NCBI GenBank assembly: GCA_002269645.1
Contig: NIVC01000297.1
Span: forward strand, 372,001 to 436,000
Length of the DNA stretch: 64,000 nt
Reading direction: 5' to 3'
From: Macrostomum lignano
Lineage: Eukaryota
Each line of letters starts with the position of its first letter. Within the stretch, counting starts at the first letter, position 1. The position numbers and the translations under genes are program-made. The notes beneath the pieces were generated by a model, which was given only the letters and a program-made list of their open reading frames with translations, was not told where the DNA came from and ran no database searches. This document shows, in pieces, positions 1 to 12,849 of the stretch.

Positions 1-26
1 ACCAGCCGTCCCAACAGAGTGAAGCC
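1..26 (-). CDS. MFSD4: MFSD4-like MFS transporter, exon 6 (runs off the window edge)
   Basis: Acceptor tttccag, then GFTLLGRLV in phase 0; continues exon 5 (SATFW) as the typical ...FWGxxxLGRL motif. Confidence 0.7.
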
Positions 27-157
27 CTGGAAATTCCAGGAAATGTCAGGTAGCCAATCTTCCTAATTAGGAACTAGTGAATGAAGACGCTGTCGTCTTC
101 AAAGGTGGGACGATGGTTTATATATTGTGTTTTTATCCTTTTATGGCTATGACATAT

Positions 158-2440
158 GCCCCTGGCATTAGTTAGTCTAGTGGTCTAGTGGGGGCTGGCC
201 GCCCCCACGCCCCTGGCATTAGTTAGTCTAGTGGTATAGTGGGGGCTGGCCGCCCCCCACGCCCCTGGCATTAGTTAGTCTAGTGGTATAGTGGGGGGCT
301 CGCCGCCCCCACGCCCCTGGCATTAGTTAGTCTAGTGGTATAGTGGGGGCTGGCCGCCCCCACGCCCCTGGCATTAGTTAGTCTAGTGGTATAGTGGGGG
401 GCTGGCCGCCCCCACGCCCCTGGCATTAGTTAGTCTAGTGGTATAGTGGGGGGCTCGCCGCCCCCACGCCCCTGGCATTAGTTAGTCTAGTGGTATAGTG
501 GGGGGCTGGCCGCCCCCCACGCCCCTGGCATTAGTTAGTCTAGTGGTATAGTGGGGGGCTGGCCGCCCCCACGCTCCTGGCATTAGTTAGTCTAGTGGTA
601 TAGTGGGGGGCTGGCCGCCCCCCACGCCCCTGGCATTAGTTAGTCTAGTGGTATAGTGGGGGGCTGGCCGCCCCCCACGCCCCTGGCATTAGTTAGTCTA
701 GTGGTATAGTGGGGGCTGGCCGCCCCCACGCCCCTGGCATTAGTTAGTCTAGTGGTATAGTGGGGGGCTAGCCGCCCCCCACGCCCCTGGCATTAGTTCT
801 TCTAGTGGTACGCTCGTATAGTGGGGGGGGGGCTTGCCGCCCCCCACGCCCCTGGCATTAGTTAGTCTAGTGGTATAGTGGGGGGCTGGCCGCCCCCCAC
901 GCCCCTGGCATTAGTTAGTCTAGTGGTGTAGTGGGGGGCTGGCCGCCCCCACGCCCCTGGCATTAGTTAGTCTAGTGGTATAGTGGGGGGCTGGCCGCCC
1001 CCCACGCCCCTGGCATTAGTTAGTCTAGTGGTATAGTGGGGGGCTGGCCGCCCCCCACGCCCCTGGCATTAGTTAGTCTAGTGGTATAGTGGGGGCTGGC
1101 CGCCCCCCACGCCCCTGGCATTAGTTAGTCTAGTGGTATAGTGGGGGCTGGCCGCCCCCCACGCCCCTGGCATTAGTTAGTCTAGTGGTATAGTGGGGGG
1201 CTGGCCGCCCCCACGCCCCTGGCATTAGTTAGTCTAGTGGTATAGTGGGGGGCTGGCCGCCCCCCACGCTCCTGGCATTAGTTAGTCTAGTGGTATAGTG
1301 GGGGGCTGGCCGCCCCCCACGCCCCTGGCATTAGTTAGTCTAGTGGTATAGTGGGGGGCTGGCCGCCCCCCACGCCCCTGGCATTAGTTAGTCTAGTGGT
1401 ATAGTGGGGGGCTGGCCGCCCCCACGCCCCTGGCATTAGTTAGTCTAGTGGTATAGTGGGGGCTAGCCGCCCCCACGCCCCTGGCATTAGTTCTTCTAGT
1501 GGTACGCTCGTATAGTGGGGGGGGGGCTTGCCGCCCCCACGCCCCTGGCATTAGTTAGTCTAGTGGTGTAGTGGGGGGCTGGCCGCCCCCACGCCCCTGG
1601 CATTAGTTAGTCTAGTGGTATAGTGGGGGGCTGGCCGCCCCCCACGCCCCTGGCATTAGTTAGTCTAGTGGTATAGTGGGGGCTGGCCGCCCCCCACGCC
1701 CCTGGCATCAGTTAGTCTAGTGGTACGCTCGTATAGTGGGGGCTTGCCGCCCCCCACGCCCCTGGCATTAGTTAGTCTAGTGGTATAGTGGGGGGCTGGC
1801 CGCCCCCACGCCCCTGGCATTAGTTAGTCTAGTGGTATAGTGGGGGCTGGCCGCCCCCACACCCCTGGCATTAGTTAGTCTAGTGGTATAGTGGGGGCTA
1901 GCCGCCCCCACGCCCCTGGCATTAGTTCTTCTAGTGGTACGCTCGTATAGTGGGGGGGGCTTGCCGCCCCCACGCCCCTGGCATTAGTTAGTCTAGTGGT
2001 ATAGTGGGGGCTGGCCGCCCCCCACGCCCCTGGCATTAGTTAGTCTAGTGGTATAGTGGGGGCTGGCCGCCCCCCACGCCCCTGGCATTAGTTAGTCTAG
2101 TGGTATAGTGGGGGCTGGCCGCCCCCCACGCCCCTGGCATTAGTTAGTCTAGTGGTATAGTGGGGGCTGGCCGCCCCCACGCCCCTGGCATTAGTTAGTC
2201 TTGTGGTATAGTAGGGGGCTAGCCGCCCCCCACGCCCCTGGCATTAGTTTTTCTAGTGGTATAGTGGGGGGCTGGCCGCCCCCCACGCCCCTGGCATTAG
2301 TTAGTCTAGTGGTATAGTGGTATAGTGGGGGCTAGCCGCCCCCACGCCCCTGGCATTAGTTAGTCTAGTGGTATAGTGGGGGCTGGCCGCCCCCCACGCC
2401 CCTGGCATTAGTTTTTCTAGTGGTATAGTGGGGGGCTGGC
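158..2440. repeat. Minisatellite of about 51-53 bp
   Basis: Unit gcccctggcattagttagtctagtggtatagtgggggctggccgcccccac with variable G/C runs. Confidence 0.97.
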
Positions 2441-4739
2441 CGCCCCCACACCCCCGCTCCCCCACCCCTCCCGCGCGTTGTTGTTGGGGAGGGTGGTTGT
2501 TGTTGTGGGGTTTGCGTAACGTGGGGGCTGCCGCCCCCACACCCCCGCTCCCCCACCCCACCCCTCCGCAACTCTTCTCACCTCTAACACATCTTTTTAG
2601 CATGCTAAAACTGCTTGTAAGCCTTTGGCGACCGCGCAACACATGATACTTGCCGATATGTATCGTAATATTTTTTCTGCACTAACAAATCATCTGTGCC
2701 GCACTTTCAGCTTCACTCTTACTCTTTAATAAGGTATAGAAGGAAATGAAAATTAAACAATCAATATTAAATTATATTCAAGTGAAAGAGAATTGAAAAT
2801 ACTAATAAATCCGTTCCTGCTAAAAAAATTAAATTTAAAAAAAAAACTTGGCCCACTTGGGATTCGAACCCGTGTTTAGGCCATTTACAAAGCAACTGCC
2901 TTCGGCCCCGATCCATCTCTTGCTTAAGCGAAGCTCTACAGTGCACGCCCTTTATATCGAATATTCCCTATGGTAGCCACTTTTACGATTTTTGCTGCTT
3001 TTTCATACATTTCTGCTCGCTGCATCGCAGCGCCTTCATCTAAAAATGCGAGTTGCATGTCGTTACAGAGATAACATCAAGGCGCATTCATCTAATGCAT
3101 TTTTAAAGTATGTCAACAAATTTTACGCCTCCTAGGCGCCAAATTGTGCATTTTCACCTGTTCTGACAGGTATTCAAACAGGTATTAAGACCTATTAACT
3201 TAAGAATCAGTTTTCAAAACTAATTTAGTTGCACAGTGCATCCATAGTGCTGTTTTTAGACACCAAAATTGAGTCTCTAGGCCTTGCCAATGCAGAGTTA
3301 TTAGCAAAAGTATGCTCAAAATTTGCCCAAAAATAGCCTTCTAAAAATTCGGAGCCAATTTTCTCAAAAATACGAATTTTCCAGCCATATTGGCGTATGA
3401 CCGGTGTAACTTTAGCTATTCGACTAAACAATATTGAAAATGCAGAAAAATCGGTGCGCAAAAATTCTTATTTTTCGACTTCAAAGTTTGTACCCCGAAT
3501 GGGCCGTTTTTCACTTAACAGGTAAAAAGTACCTGTTAACAGAGGTTTTTTCAGGAGTGTTTTATGTCATTCAAAAGGGCATCCGATAGGCTACAATTTG
3601 ACGCCATACTCGAAAAACTTTGCCCCATTTTAAAAAAATTTCCTTAACAACGTCTGATTTTCTGCAGTGCCCCCGGCCTCTTTTTTCCCTGGTTTCCGGG
3701 TCACTGCTCAGCACAGGTAGGTCCAAATGCTTAGAAAATTTAGGAAAACAAATTTCCATATGTTTGACACGTCGTGTTAAAGTCTCAACACTGTAGCATA
3801 AAACACTTTTTCAAGTTTGAGGACTACTTTTTTAAAACGTGACCCAATTTTTCGAAAATGTCGTTTTTAGGCACTCTTTGGCACCTGGGCAGGTTATTGA
3901 TGGCCCAATCGGCCAAATCTCGATGTTTCCGATTAAAAGACATCCATTTGAGTTATTTGGTATACAAAACAGCAAAAATAAAGTTTTCCATCTCGACGCC
4001 ATAGGCCTCACAAAAGTGCACTAAAAATTTGTACTTTTAAACAGCAGATAGGCAGCCATGTGAAAAGTACATTTTAGCCCTAAAAACTATAGCGCATCAA
4101 ACAGCCCCAGGTGTTATTGACGCTATGAGGCAGCTCAAAGGCCGCGCTATCGCGCGTCCTTTTCGCTGCGGTGAGGCAAAGTTGAAAAAAATGCCGATTT
4201 TTCGACCTCAGAAAACACGTTTTTTGCACTTTTACCCTAAAAGTTAAAGTACAATCAAAAAATCCATTTCTGATCATTGTAGCGTTTGAATGCCCGCGTT
4301 TACTGAGCCCACTCGCTAAGCGCTGCCATATTCTCAATCCTTATTTTTTGAGATCAAAGTTTTTGACAAAGTCGAAAAAACGCAGTTTTTGGTTGCCATG
4401 GCAACCAAAACGCGTTGCCATAGCAACCAACTATTGTGCATCCGATAGCGCTAGGTCTTTGACACATTTTGGCAAAAACTGTTTGTAAATCGGTTGTACC
4501 GTTTTTTATTGGCAGCGTTTAAAAGTTGAAAAACGTCATTTTTAGTGTGTGCAACCACGTTACATCTTATCAGGGACGATTTCGCAAAAGTAAGCAGTAT
4601 AGAAAAAAATTCTCGCTTCGCTCGCATTTTTTCCTATACTACTTACTGGCTCATCGTCCCACAACTAGAAATTTAAGGCTTCAAGTCGCCTCACGATAAA
4701 ATGGTTTTATTATTTAAAAAAATACTTTCGCCTAACATG

Positions 4740-5160
4740 ATCCAAAAGACAATACAAACTATGCCAATAAAGTTGATTACGCTACATATCGGCTAGCTGA
4801 TTCAAAAGTCAAGAAAACTATAATCCAGTAAAGTGATTACGCTACATATCGGCTAGATGATCCAAAGGCTAATACAGACTATGCCAGTAAAGTTGATTAC
4901 GCTACATATCGGCTAGCTGATTCAAAAGTCAAGAAAACTATAAGCCAGTAAAGTTGATTACGCTACATATCGGCTAGATGATCCAAGGGCTAATACAGAC
5001 TATGCCAGTAAAGTTGATTACGCTACATATCGGCTAGCTGATTCAAAAGTCAAGAAAACTATAAGCCAGTAAAGTTGATTACGCTACATATCCGTTAGAT
5101 GATCCAAAGGCTAATACAGACTATGCCAGTAAAGTTGATTACGCTACATATCGGCTAGCC
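4740..5160. repeat. 60-bp tandem repeat arranged as alternating A/B dimers of about 120 bp
   Basis: gattacgctacatatcggctag recurs about every 60 bp. Confidence 0.92.
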
Positions 5161-5235
5161 ATCCGAATTCCAAAGACAAAGTATCGCTCTCCCCCTTCTC
5201 TCTTTTTATCTCTGAGCTTTCTAAGAAACACTCAC

Positions 5236-5331
5236 CCAGAAAGTGGCGGACAGGTAGGCAGTTTGGGATTTCTCACTAGGCAAGCTGACAGACTCGAGCG
5301 AAAACGCATAGATCAGGCTGCCGAAGCTGCC
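5236..5331 (-). CDS. MFSD4: MFSD4-like transporter, exon 5
   Basis: ttgcag|GSFGSLIYAFSLESVSLPSEKSQTAYLSATFW|gtgagt; phase 0/0. Confidence 0.8.
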
Positions 5332-5384
5332 CTGCAACAATGAGGAGCACTTTTATATTCTTGAGATTAAGCAGGATTGTGACG

Positions 5385-6118
5385 CCAAATGATTCTAAAA
5401 GTGGCGCCGGATGATTCTGAAAGTGGCGCCGGATGATTCTAAAAGTGGCGCCAGATCATTCTAGAAGTGGCGCCAGATGATTCTAAAAGTGGCACCAGAT
5501 GATTCTAAAAGTGGCGCCAGATGATTCTAAAAGTGGCGCCAGATGATTCTAAAAGTGGCGCCAGATGATTCTAAAAGTGGCGCCAGATGATTCTAAAAGT
5601 GGCGCCAGAAGATTCTAAAAGTGGCGCCAGATGATTCTAAAAGTGGCGCCAGAAGATTCTAAAAGTGGCGCCAGAAGATTCTAAAAGTGGCGCCAGATGA
5701 TTCTAAAAGTGGCGCCAGATGATTCTGAAAGTGGCGCCAGATGATTCTACGAATGGAAGTGCGCCGGACGATTAAAAAAGTGGCGCCAGATCATTCTACA
5801 AGTGGCGCCAAATGATTCGGACAGTGGCGCCAATTGATTCTGAAAGTGGCGCCAGATGATTCTACGACTAGAAGTGGCGCCAGATGATTCTAAAAGTGGC
5901 GCCAGATGATTCTGAAAGTGGCGCCAGATGATTCTAAAAGTGGCGCCAGATGATTCTGAAAGTGGCGCCAGATGATTCTGAAAGTGGCGCCAGATGATTC
6001 TACGAGTAGAAGTGGCACCAAATGATTCTAGAAGTGGCGCCAGATGATTCTAGAAGTGGCGCCAGATAATTCTAGAAGTGGCGCCAAATGATTCTAGAAG
6101 TGGCGCCAAATGATTCTA
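5385..6118. repeat. 22-bp minisatellite
   Basis: (gattctaaaagtggcgccagat)n. Confidence 0.95.
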
Positions 6119-6172
6119 CGCTCTTAAAATCGTGACTAGATGTTTCAACAGAGAGCTCCAATCCTCTCTCAC

Positions 6173-6300
6173 AAGAATGCCGTCCAGGACAAAGGCGCTA
6201 AACGAAGCGCAGACGAGAACCAAGAAGATCAGGGTGCCTTCGGCCTTGTCGAAGCCCTGCTGCCGCTGCCGATGCCGATGCTCAGTCTGATTGGCGTCAG
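6173..6300 (-). CDS. MFSD4: MFSD4-like transporter, exon 4
   Basis: catag|..DANQTEHRHRQRQQGFDKAEGTLIFLVLVCASFSAFVLDGIL|gtgaga; phase 1/0; hydrophobic TM segment. Confidence 0.8.
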
Positions 6301-6383
6301 CTATGATAGGAAAAATGGTAGAAAATCAAAATTAGGGTTGACAAAAAACAACGGAAATAAGTGTCAATAGATTCAAGCCACAC

Positions 6384-6468
6384 CTGAGACGGCTCTGTCG
6401 TCAGTCTCGACAATGTCGTTCCAGCCTTCCCTGTAGGCCAGCCAGAGTGCCGACATTGCTATGGGGAT
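6384..6468 (-). CDS. MFSD4: MFSD4-like transporter, exon 3
   Basis: ttcag|IPIAMSALWLAYREGWNDIVETDDRAVS G|gtgtgg; phases match both neighbours. Confidence 0.8.
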
Positions 6469-6699
6469 CTGAATTTGGCAGAGCAGATATTTATAAAGTA
6501 GCTTAGCCATTGGTGAATTCGGGGGTCAGGTGACTCCCTTAATGACTTCTTTTTATGACTAGAAAAAAGCCAGCATACTACTAACTTAATTATTAAGCAT
6601 ATGAATTGGTCAGATGACTTCTCTGATGAAGTTGAAACACCGGAAAGGGGTCAACTGACTCCCGCACCCAAATTTTTTTGATGAGAGCATTCACATTGG

Positions 6700-7312
6700 A
6701 GGGGGGTCAACTGACTCACCCACCCTATTGACCCCTAAAGCATCCAAAAAGGGGGGTCAACTGACTCCCCACCCTACTGACCCTTAAAGCATCCAAAAAG
6801 GGGGGTCAACTGACTCCCCCACCCTACTGACCCCTAAGGCATCCAAAAGGGGGGGTCAACTGACTCCCCCCACCCTACTGACCCCCAAGGCATCCAAAAG
6901 GGGGGTCAACTGACTCACCCACCCTACTGACCCCTAAAGCATCCAAAAAGGGGGGTCAACTGACTCCCCACCCTACTGACCCTTAAAGCATCCAAAAAGG
7001 GGGGTCAACTGACTCCCCACCCTACTGACCCTTAAAGCATCCAAAAAGGGGGGTCAACTGACTCCCCCACCCTACTGACCCCCAAGGTATCCAAAAGGAG
7101 GGTCAACTGACTCCCCCACCCTACTGACCCCTAAAGCATCCAAAAGGGGGGTCAACTGACTCACCCACCCTACTGACCCTTAAAGCATCCAAAAAGGGGG
7201 GTCAACTGACTCCCCCACCCTACTGACCCCCAAGGTATCCAAAAGGAGGGTCAACTGACTCCCCCACCCTACTGACCCCTAAAGCATCCAAAAGGGGGGT
7301 CAACTGACTCCC
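6700..7312. repeat. Minisatellite of about 49 bp
   Basis: gggggtcaactgactcccccaccctactgacccctaaagcatccaaaa. Confidence 0.95.
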
Positions 7313-7326
7313 ATCCCGGAACTCGC

Positions 7327-7702
7327 CTGCAGCACAGCGATCAGATAGAACGGCATTCGAACCCCCTCAGCCAGGCTATCAGCGTCCTCAGCCGTGCAGT
7401 TGCCCCCACCAGCCGAGTCAACCCCAGCCGCCGTCCTGTCCGACATGAAGGCGCCAACAATTAGCGGCGCTAAAAAGGCACCAAAACTTTGACAGCAGAA
7501 CATGGCCTGCAGGAACGGGCCGGCCTGGTCCCGATAGATAGCCAGCAGCCGGGCGTTGCACAGGAGCTCCAGACAGCCCTCGGCCAGCCCCATCAGGCTG
7601 AGCACAGCGGCCAGAGCTGGCAGGGTTCGACTTTGACCAGCCAATGCGAAACAGATTGGCAGCGCCGTGGCAACAATGGCCAGGATCAGGCTGGCTGGCA
7701 AC
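7327..7702 (-). CDS. MFSD4: MFSD4-like transporter, exon 2
   Basis: caacag acceptor; LPASLILAIVA...LMGLAEGCLELLCNARLLAIYRDQAGPFLQAMFCCQSFGAFLAPLIVG resembles the MFSD4/NaGLT1 N-half; donor CAG|gcgagt. Confidence 0.85.
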
Positions 7703-7914
7703 CTGTTGAGTTTGAGTAAATTATTACACTAATTGAATAGTTCATATTTTCTATTGAAACTGCAGGTTAGTTAAGAAAGTACTTTATTATTAACTTTATA
7801 CTTGTAATACGCTATTATCTCTACTGTCAGTAAAGTATCAAGAATATAGTAAGCATTTGTAATTTCATTTAATATCTCTTAAATTATCAATCGTACATCG
7901 TAGACTAGAGAAGG

Positions 7915-8057
7915 CCTGACTGTAGGATGAATATCCCCCTGTGACTGACCAGAAGTTACTGTAGGATAAATATCCCCTTGTGACTGACCGGAAGGTACTG
8001 TAGGATAAATATCCCCTTGTGACTGACCAGAAGTTACTGTAGGATAAATATCCCATT
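7915..8057. repeat. 39-bp tandem repeat, about 3.5 copies
   Basis: gtaggataaatatccccttgtgactgaccagaagttact. Confidence 0.9.
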
Positions 8058-8469
8058 TTTTGAAGGCCTGCCCGGAAGCACATGAACATTGTACGCGTTC
8101 GTTAAGCAAATGCACAGCGCACTAACCTACACAACAGGAAATCAGATTTAGTTGAAACCAACATTGAAAGCGCATAAATTTGATGGTAAATAGTCAATTA
8201 TGGCCATTATATAGAACACAATTAAAGTGTTCATATTTTATATTCCATTACGGGGCTATTAAACTGCTACTCTCGTATTTCAGCTAATTACTGCTAATTG
8301 CCTCATAAGAGTTTTACAGCTAGGCTTAATGCCTTAATAGCGCTTGGCAAATTCTAGAAGTAAACAGAAAAATATAATAACTGTAAAATATACTGTCAGG
8401 TCAAATTGGGGACAAAGTAGGGACTTCTTGTACTTTTAAACATTTCAATTGAAGAATCTTTTCGATTAA

Positions 8470-9810
8470 ATAAAATGGCATTCCCTCAACTGAAATGGCA
8501 TCCCCTCAAATGAAATGACATCCCCTCAAATGAAATGGCATTCCCTCAACTGAAATGGCATCCCCTCAAATGAAATGGCATTCCTTCAACTGAAATGGCA
8601 TCCCCTCAAATGAAATGACATCCCCTCAACTGAAATGGCATCTGCTTAAATGAAATGGCATCCCCTCAACTGAAATGGCATCTGCTAAAATGAAATGGCA
8701 TCCCCTCAACTGAAATGGCATCTGCTCAAATGAAATGGCATCCCCTCAACTGAAATGGCATCTGCTGAAATGAAATGGCATCCCCTCAACTGAAATGGCA
8801 TCTGCTTAAATGAAATGGCATCCCCTCAACTGAAATGGCATCTCCTCAAATGAAATGGCATCCCCTCAACTGAAATGGCATCCCCTCAACTGAAATGGCA
8901 TCTCCTCAAATGAAATGGCATCCCCTCAACTGAAATGGCATCCCCTCAACTGAAATGGCATCCCCTCAACTGAAATGGCATCCCCTCAACTGAAATGGCA
9001 TCTGCTGAAATGAAATGGCATCCCCTCAACTGAAATGGCATCTGCTTAAATGAAATGGCATCCCCTCAACTGAAATGGCATCCCCTCAACTGAAATGGCA
9101 TCCCCTCAACTGAAATGGCATCCTCTCAACTGAAATGGCATCCCCTCAAATGAAATGGCATCCCCTCAACTGAAATGGCATCCCCTCAACTGAAATGGCA
9201 TCCCCTCAACTGAAATGGCATCCTCTCAACTGAAATGGCATCCCCTCAAATGAAATGGCATCCCCTTAACTGAAATGGCATCCTCTCAACTGAAATGGCA
9301 TCCCCTCAACTGAAATGGCATCCCTTCAACTGAAATGGCATCCCCTCAACTGAAATGGCATCCCCTCAACTGAAATGGCATCCCCTCAACTGAAATGGCA
9401 TCCCCTCAACTGAAATGACATCCCCTTAACTGAAATGGCATCCCTTCAACTGAAATGGCATCCCCTCAACTGAAATGGCATCCCTTCAACTGAAATGGCA
9501 TCCCCTCAACTGAAATGGCATCCCCTCAACTGAAATGACATCCCCTCAACTGAAATGGCATCCCCTTAACTGAAATGGCATCCCCTCAAATGAAATGGCA
9601 GTCCCTAAAACGAAATAGCATCCCCTCAAATGAAATGGCAGTCCCTAAAACGAAATAGCATCCCCTCAAATGAAATAGCATCCCCTCAAATGAAATAGCA
9701 TCCCCTCAAACGAAATAGCATCCCCTCAAACGAAATAGCATCCCCTCAAATGAAATAGCATCCCCTCAAATGAAATGGCAGTCCCTAAAATGAAATGGCA
9801 GTCTCTGAAA
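8470..9810. repeat. 20-bp minisatellite
   Basis: (tcccctcaactgaaatggca)n. Confidence 0.97.
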
Positions 9811-10196
9811 GGAAATTATACTAACCAGTCTACATGGGTCTGAGCAAAAACGTACTAATGTGTTTTAGGCAGGTAACTTCAATAAATGCTTTCAAAAAAA
9901 TTGAAATTAGTAATTCTTTCTCGGGCATCCCGACTGGACGAGAAGCTTTCAGAAAATCGAATTTACAAAGCCATAATAAAGCAGGGGGATTTCAAGCTTA
10001 AGAAAAAATCTGATCGAACGAGTGCGTGATGCTCGTGATTTACTGCCCATCAACTCTTCTGTTGCTAGACCTAATGCTAATATTTTAAGCCGTTTCTGTC
10101 CTGATTTTATCTGCCCAGACGCTCAGTTCTGAGTCCCATGCATGTCAATTTATTAGTCTCTCAGTTTATTATCTGCTTCTCAAACTAGGTCTACTC

Positions 10197-10612
10197 TTGC
10201 TACCTCTCCTCTCATCTCCTTTCATCTCCTCTCATCTCCTCTCTTCTCCTCTCATCTCCTCTCATCTAATCTCCTCTCATCTCCTTTCATCTAATCTCCT
10301 CCTTTCCTCTCCTATCCTCTCCTCTCATCTTATCTCCCCTCCTCTTTTTTGTTGTCATCTCATCTCGTGTGTTCACATCTCCTCTCATCTTTCTCCTTTT
10401 CTCCTTTCCTCTCCTCTCCTCTCACTCCTTTCATCGCATCTCCTCTCCTCTCTTTTCCTCTCCTCTCATTTTATCTCGTTGTTACATCTTCTCTTCCTTC
10501 TTTTTTCTTTTTTCGTCTTGTCTCATCTTTTCTTATCTCTCATCTCCTCTCATTTCATCTTTTCTTATCTCCTCTCTGCTCAAACTCCATCTCCACTTCT
10601 CTCCACTCCGTT
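10197..10612. repeat. Degenerate CT-rich simple repeat
   Basis: (tctcc/tctca)n polypyrimidine tract. Confidence 0.9.
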
Positions 10613-11174
10613 CCTCAGTCGTACGCATTAACTGCAGCGGAGCTATATCAAGATATAACCTAGGTTAGGTTGGCAAAGATCTAAGCGGTCAATTCAGGAT
10701 AGATAAAAAAATCAGAAAGAAACTGCCGCTGAACTCTCATCATATTCTTCGAATTTGCAAACATTTCAGCAATCCATTCCAGTTGACAATTCTGTTTGCC
10801 AAGGACCGCCAAAATTAGACTTTGAAATTGCACACCTCCTATCCCCCCCGAGGCAATTCCTCACTGCACAGCATTGCAGTGCAAGTCATTTAATGGAGTC
10901 TGGATGCCAGAAACTAAGTGCTGCAAAGTCAACATCAACTGCCCCAATCCCACTGGATCAAAATGGAGTTCTTTTTTAAAAATAAACATTCGACGTTTCT
11001 CATATCGAGTTTTCCGGTGTTAGAGAGAGAGAAAAATATGTGAACTTTTATGAGACTAAACTCAACTCCAACATACAGCAGTATGGAAGTAAGTCCTGCA
11101 TGCAGATGCAAAGCTGTGTTTTACAGTCCAAAAATAAAGGATTTGTGATATGCTGACTTAATCAGAAGTATTCA

Positions 11175-11855
11175 CTGCCGGCAAAGATCAAAGGGGGCAG
11201 CCTCCCTAAAATTAATATGAAGCATTGATTGGCGGCAAATATCAAAGGCGGTAACCCCAGAATCAATAATCAGAGACATTGCTTGGCGGCAAAGATAAAA
11301 GGCGGCAACCCTCCATTATTGATAATCAGAAGCATTCGTTTGGCGGCAAAGATCAAAGACGGCAACCCCATAATCATAATCAGGGACACTCATTTACGGC
11401 AAAGATCAAAGGTGGAAGCCCCAGAATCAATAATCAGAGACATTCATTGGCGGCAAATATCAAAGGCGGAAGCCCACCATTATTGATAATCAAAGACATT
11501 CATTGGCGGCAAATATCAAAGGCGGAAGCCCACCATTATTGATAATCAAAGACATTCATTGGCGGCAAATATCAAAGGCGGAAGCCCACCATTATTGATA
11601 ATCAAAGATATTCATTGGCGGCAAATATCAAAGGCGGAAGCCCACCATTATTGATAATCAAAGACATTCATTGGTGACAAATACCAAAGGCGACAGCTCC
11701 CTAATCAATAATCAGAAGCATTCGTTGGCGGCAAAGATCAAAGGCGGCAACCCCCATGATCAATAATCATAGACATTCAGTGGCGGCAAAGATCAAAGAC
11801 GGCAACCCTAAAAGCATTTATCAAGCACGCATCGATTAGCGGCAAAGATCAAAGG
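11175..11855. repeat. Minisatellite of about 56 bp
   Basis: ggcggcaaatatcaaaggcggaagcccaccattattgataatcaaagacattcatt. Confidence 0.92.
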
Positions 11856-11902
11856 CCTGATACATATAACAGGTCATAAATAACCATCATAAGATTGCCC
11901 AC

Positions 11903-12213
11903 CTGCGATTCAGCAAACCGGCAGATAGTGCTGTAGCCAACACAGCAGCCTCGTGACAGAACAGCACCAAAGGCGCCGCTTCCAGCATCCGTGACTCCTC
12001 GGCTTCATCATCTCGCACCAGACAAGCCAGCCCGGGCAGAGCCGCCCCAATGCTGGAGTCAGACATGCCGACCAGAACGAACATTAGACAGCAATTGACA
12101 GTCTTCATTGAATTCTCTCGAAACAATGGCCACCAGAGCACTCCACGCTTTGGTAAGGCATTGGAGACTGCGACATTGAGAAGTCCTGCAGACTCGGGCA
12201 GTGGCTGCTGCAT
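11903..12213 (-). CDS. MFSD4: MFSD4-like transporter, exon 1 (5' boundary uncertain)
   Basis: KTVNCCLMFVLVGMSDSSIGAALPGLA resembles MFS TM1; ends AATCGCAG|gtgggc in phase 2, matching exon 2. The ATG at 12213 is tentative because the frame stays open upstream. Confidence 0.7.
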
Positions 12214-12334
12214 CAGCGGCTTCTGCTGCTCCTCCTGCTTCTGCTGCCGGGCACTTTGCTCCGCTGATCTGAACGGCTGTTCAAATAAGCAAAGTTGAGC
12301 AATACACGCGCGAACACGTGTTATTACACGCGCG

Positions 12335-12480
12335 AAATTTGGCGCCACGGCCAGTTGACATGAAATTTGGCGCCCTGGATGACATGAAATTTGGTGCCAT
12401 GGCCAGTTGACATGAAATTAGGCGCCATGGGCAGTTGACATGAAATTTGGCGCCATGGCCAGTTGACATGAAATTCGGAG
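12335..12480. repeat. Short tandem repeat of about 27 bp
   Basis: tttggcgccatggccagttgacatgaaa. Confidence 0.85.
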
Positions 12481-12849
12481 TTTCCATGTAAACAAGCCCC
12501 TTTCTACTCACATCAGAAGCCATTCTCTGCAGTCAAATATTTGATGAAAAAATGAAGTTTATCCCTGCGAGTTTCCAAGAAACGATTGTCTTGCACGCGA
12601 TCGCCGATCAATCGATTCTAATAAACTTCGAAGCTCTCGAGATGACAACGCGTTTTGAAAGTCAATTCGTAGCCTTATGGTTGCAAATGCGAATTGGCTA
12701 ATCTAGATGTGGTCGAGTTGGTCGATTTCTACGAATACTGCTATATGAAACACACTTTCTTGTCTTCTTCTTTTCTTCTTTCTTCTTTTCGATTGGCTGA
12801 TAACGGTGGGAAAGAAATGCTTTCTCTGGAGAGAGTTCTTCTGTAGTCT

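Noticed and set aside
2848-2950. tRNA-like sequence on the minus strand (GGTTCGAATCCC followed by a T run)
   Set aside because: A B-box is present, but I could not build acceptor and anticodon stems; at most a degenerate SINE head or pseudo-tRNA. tRNAscan-SE would decide.
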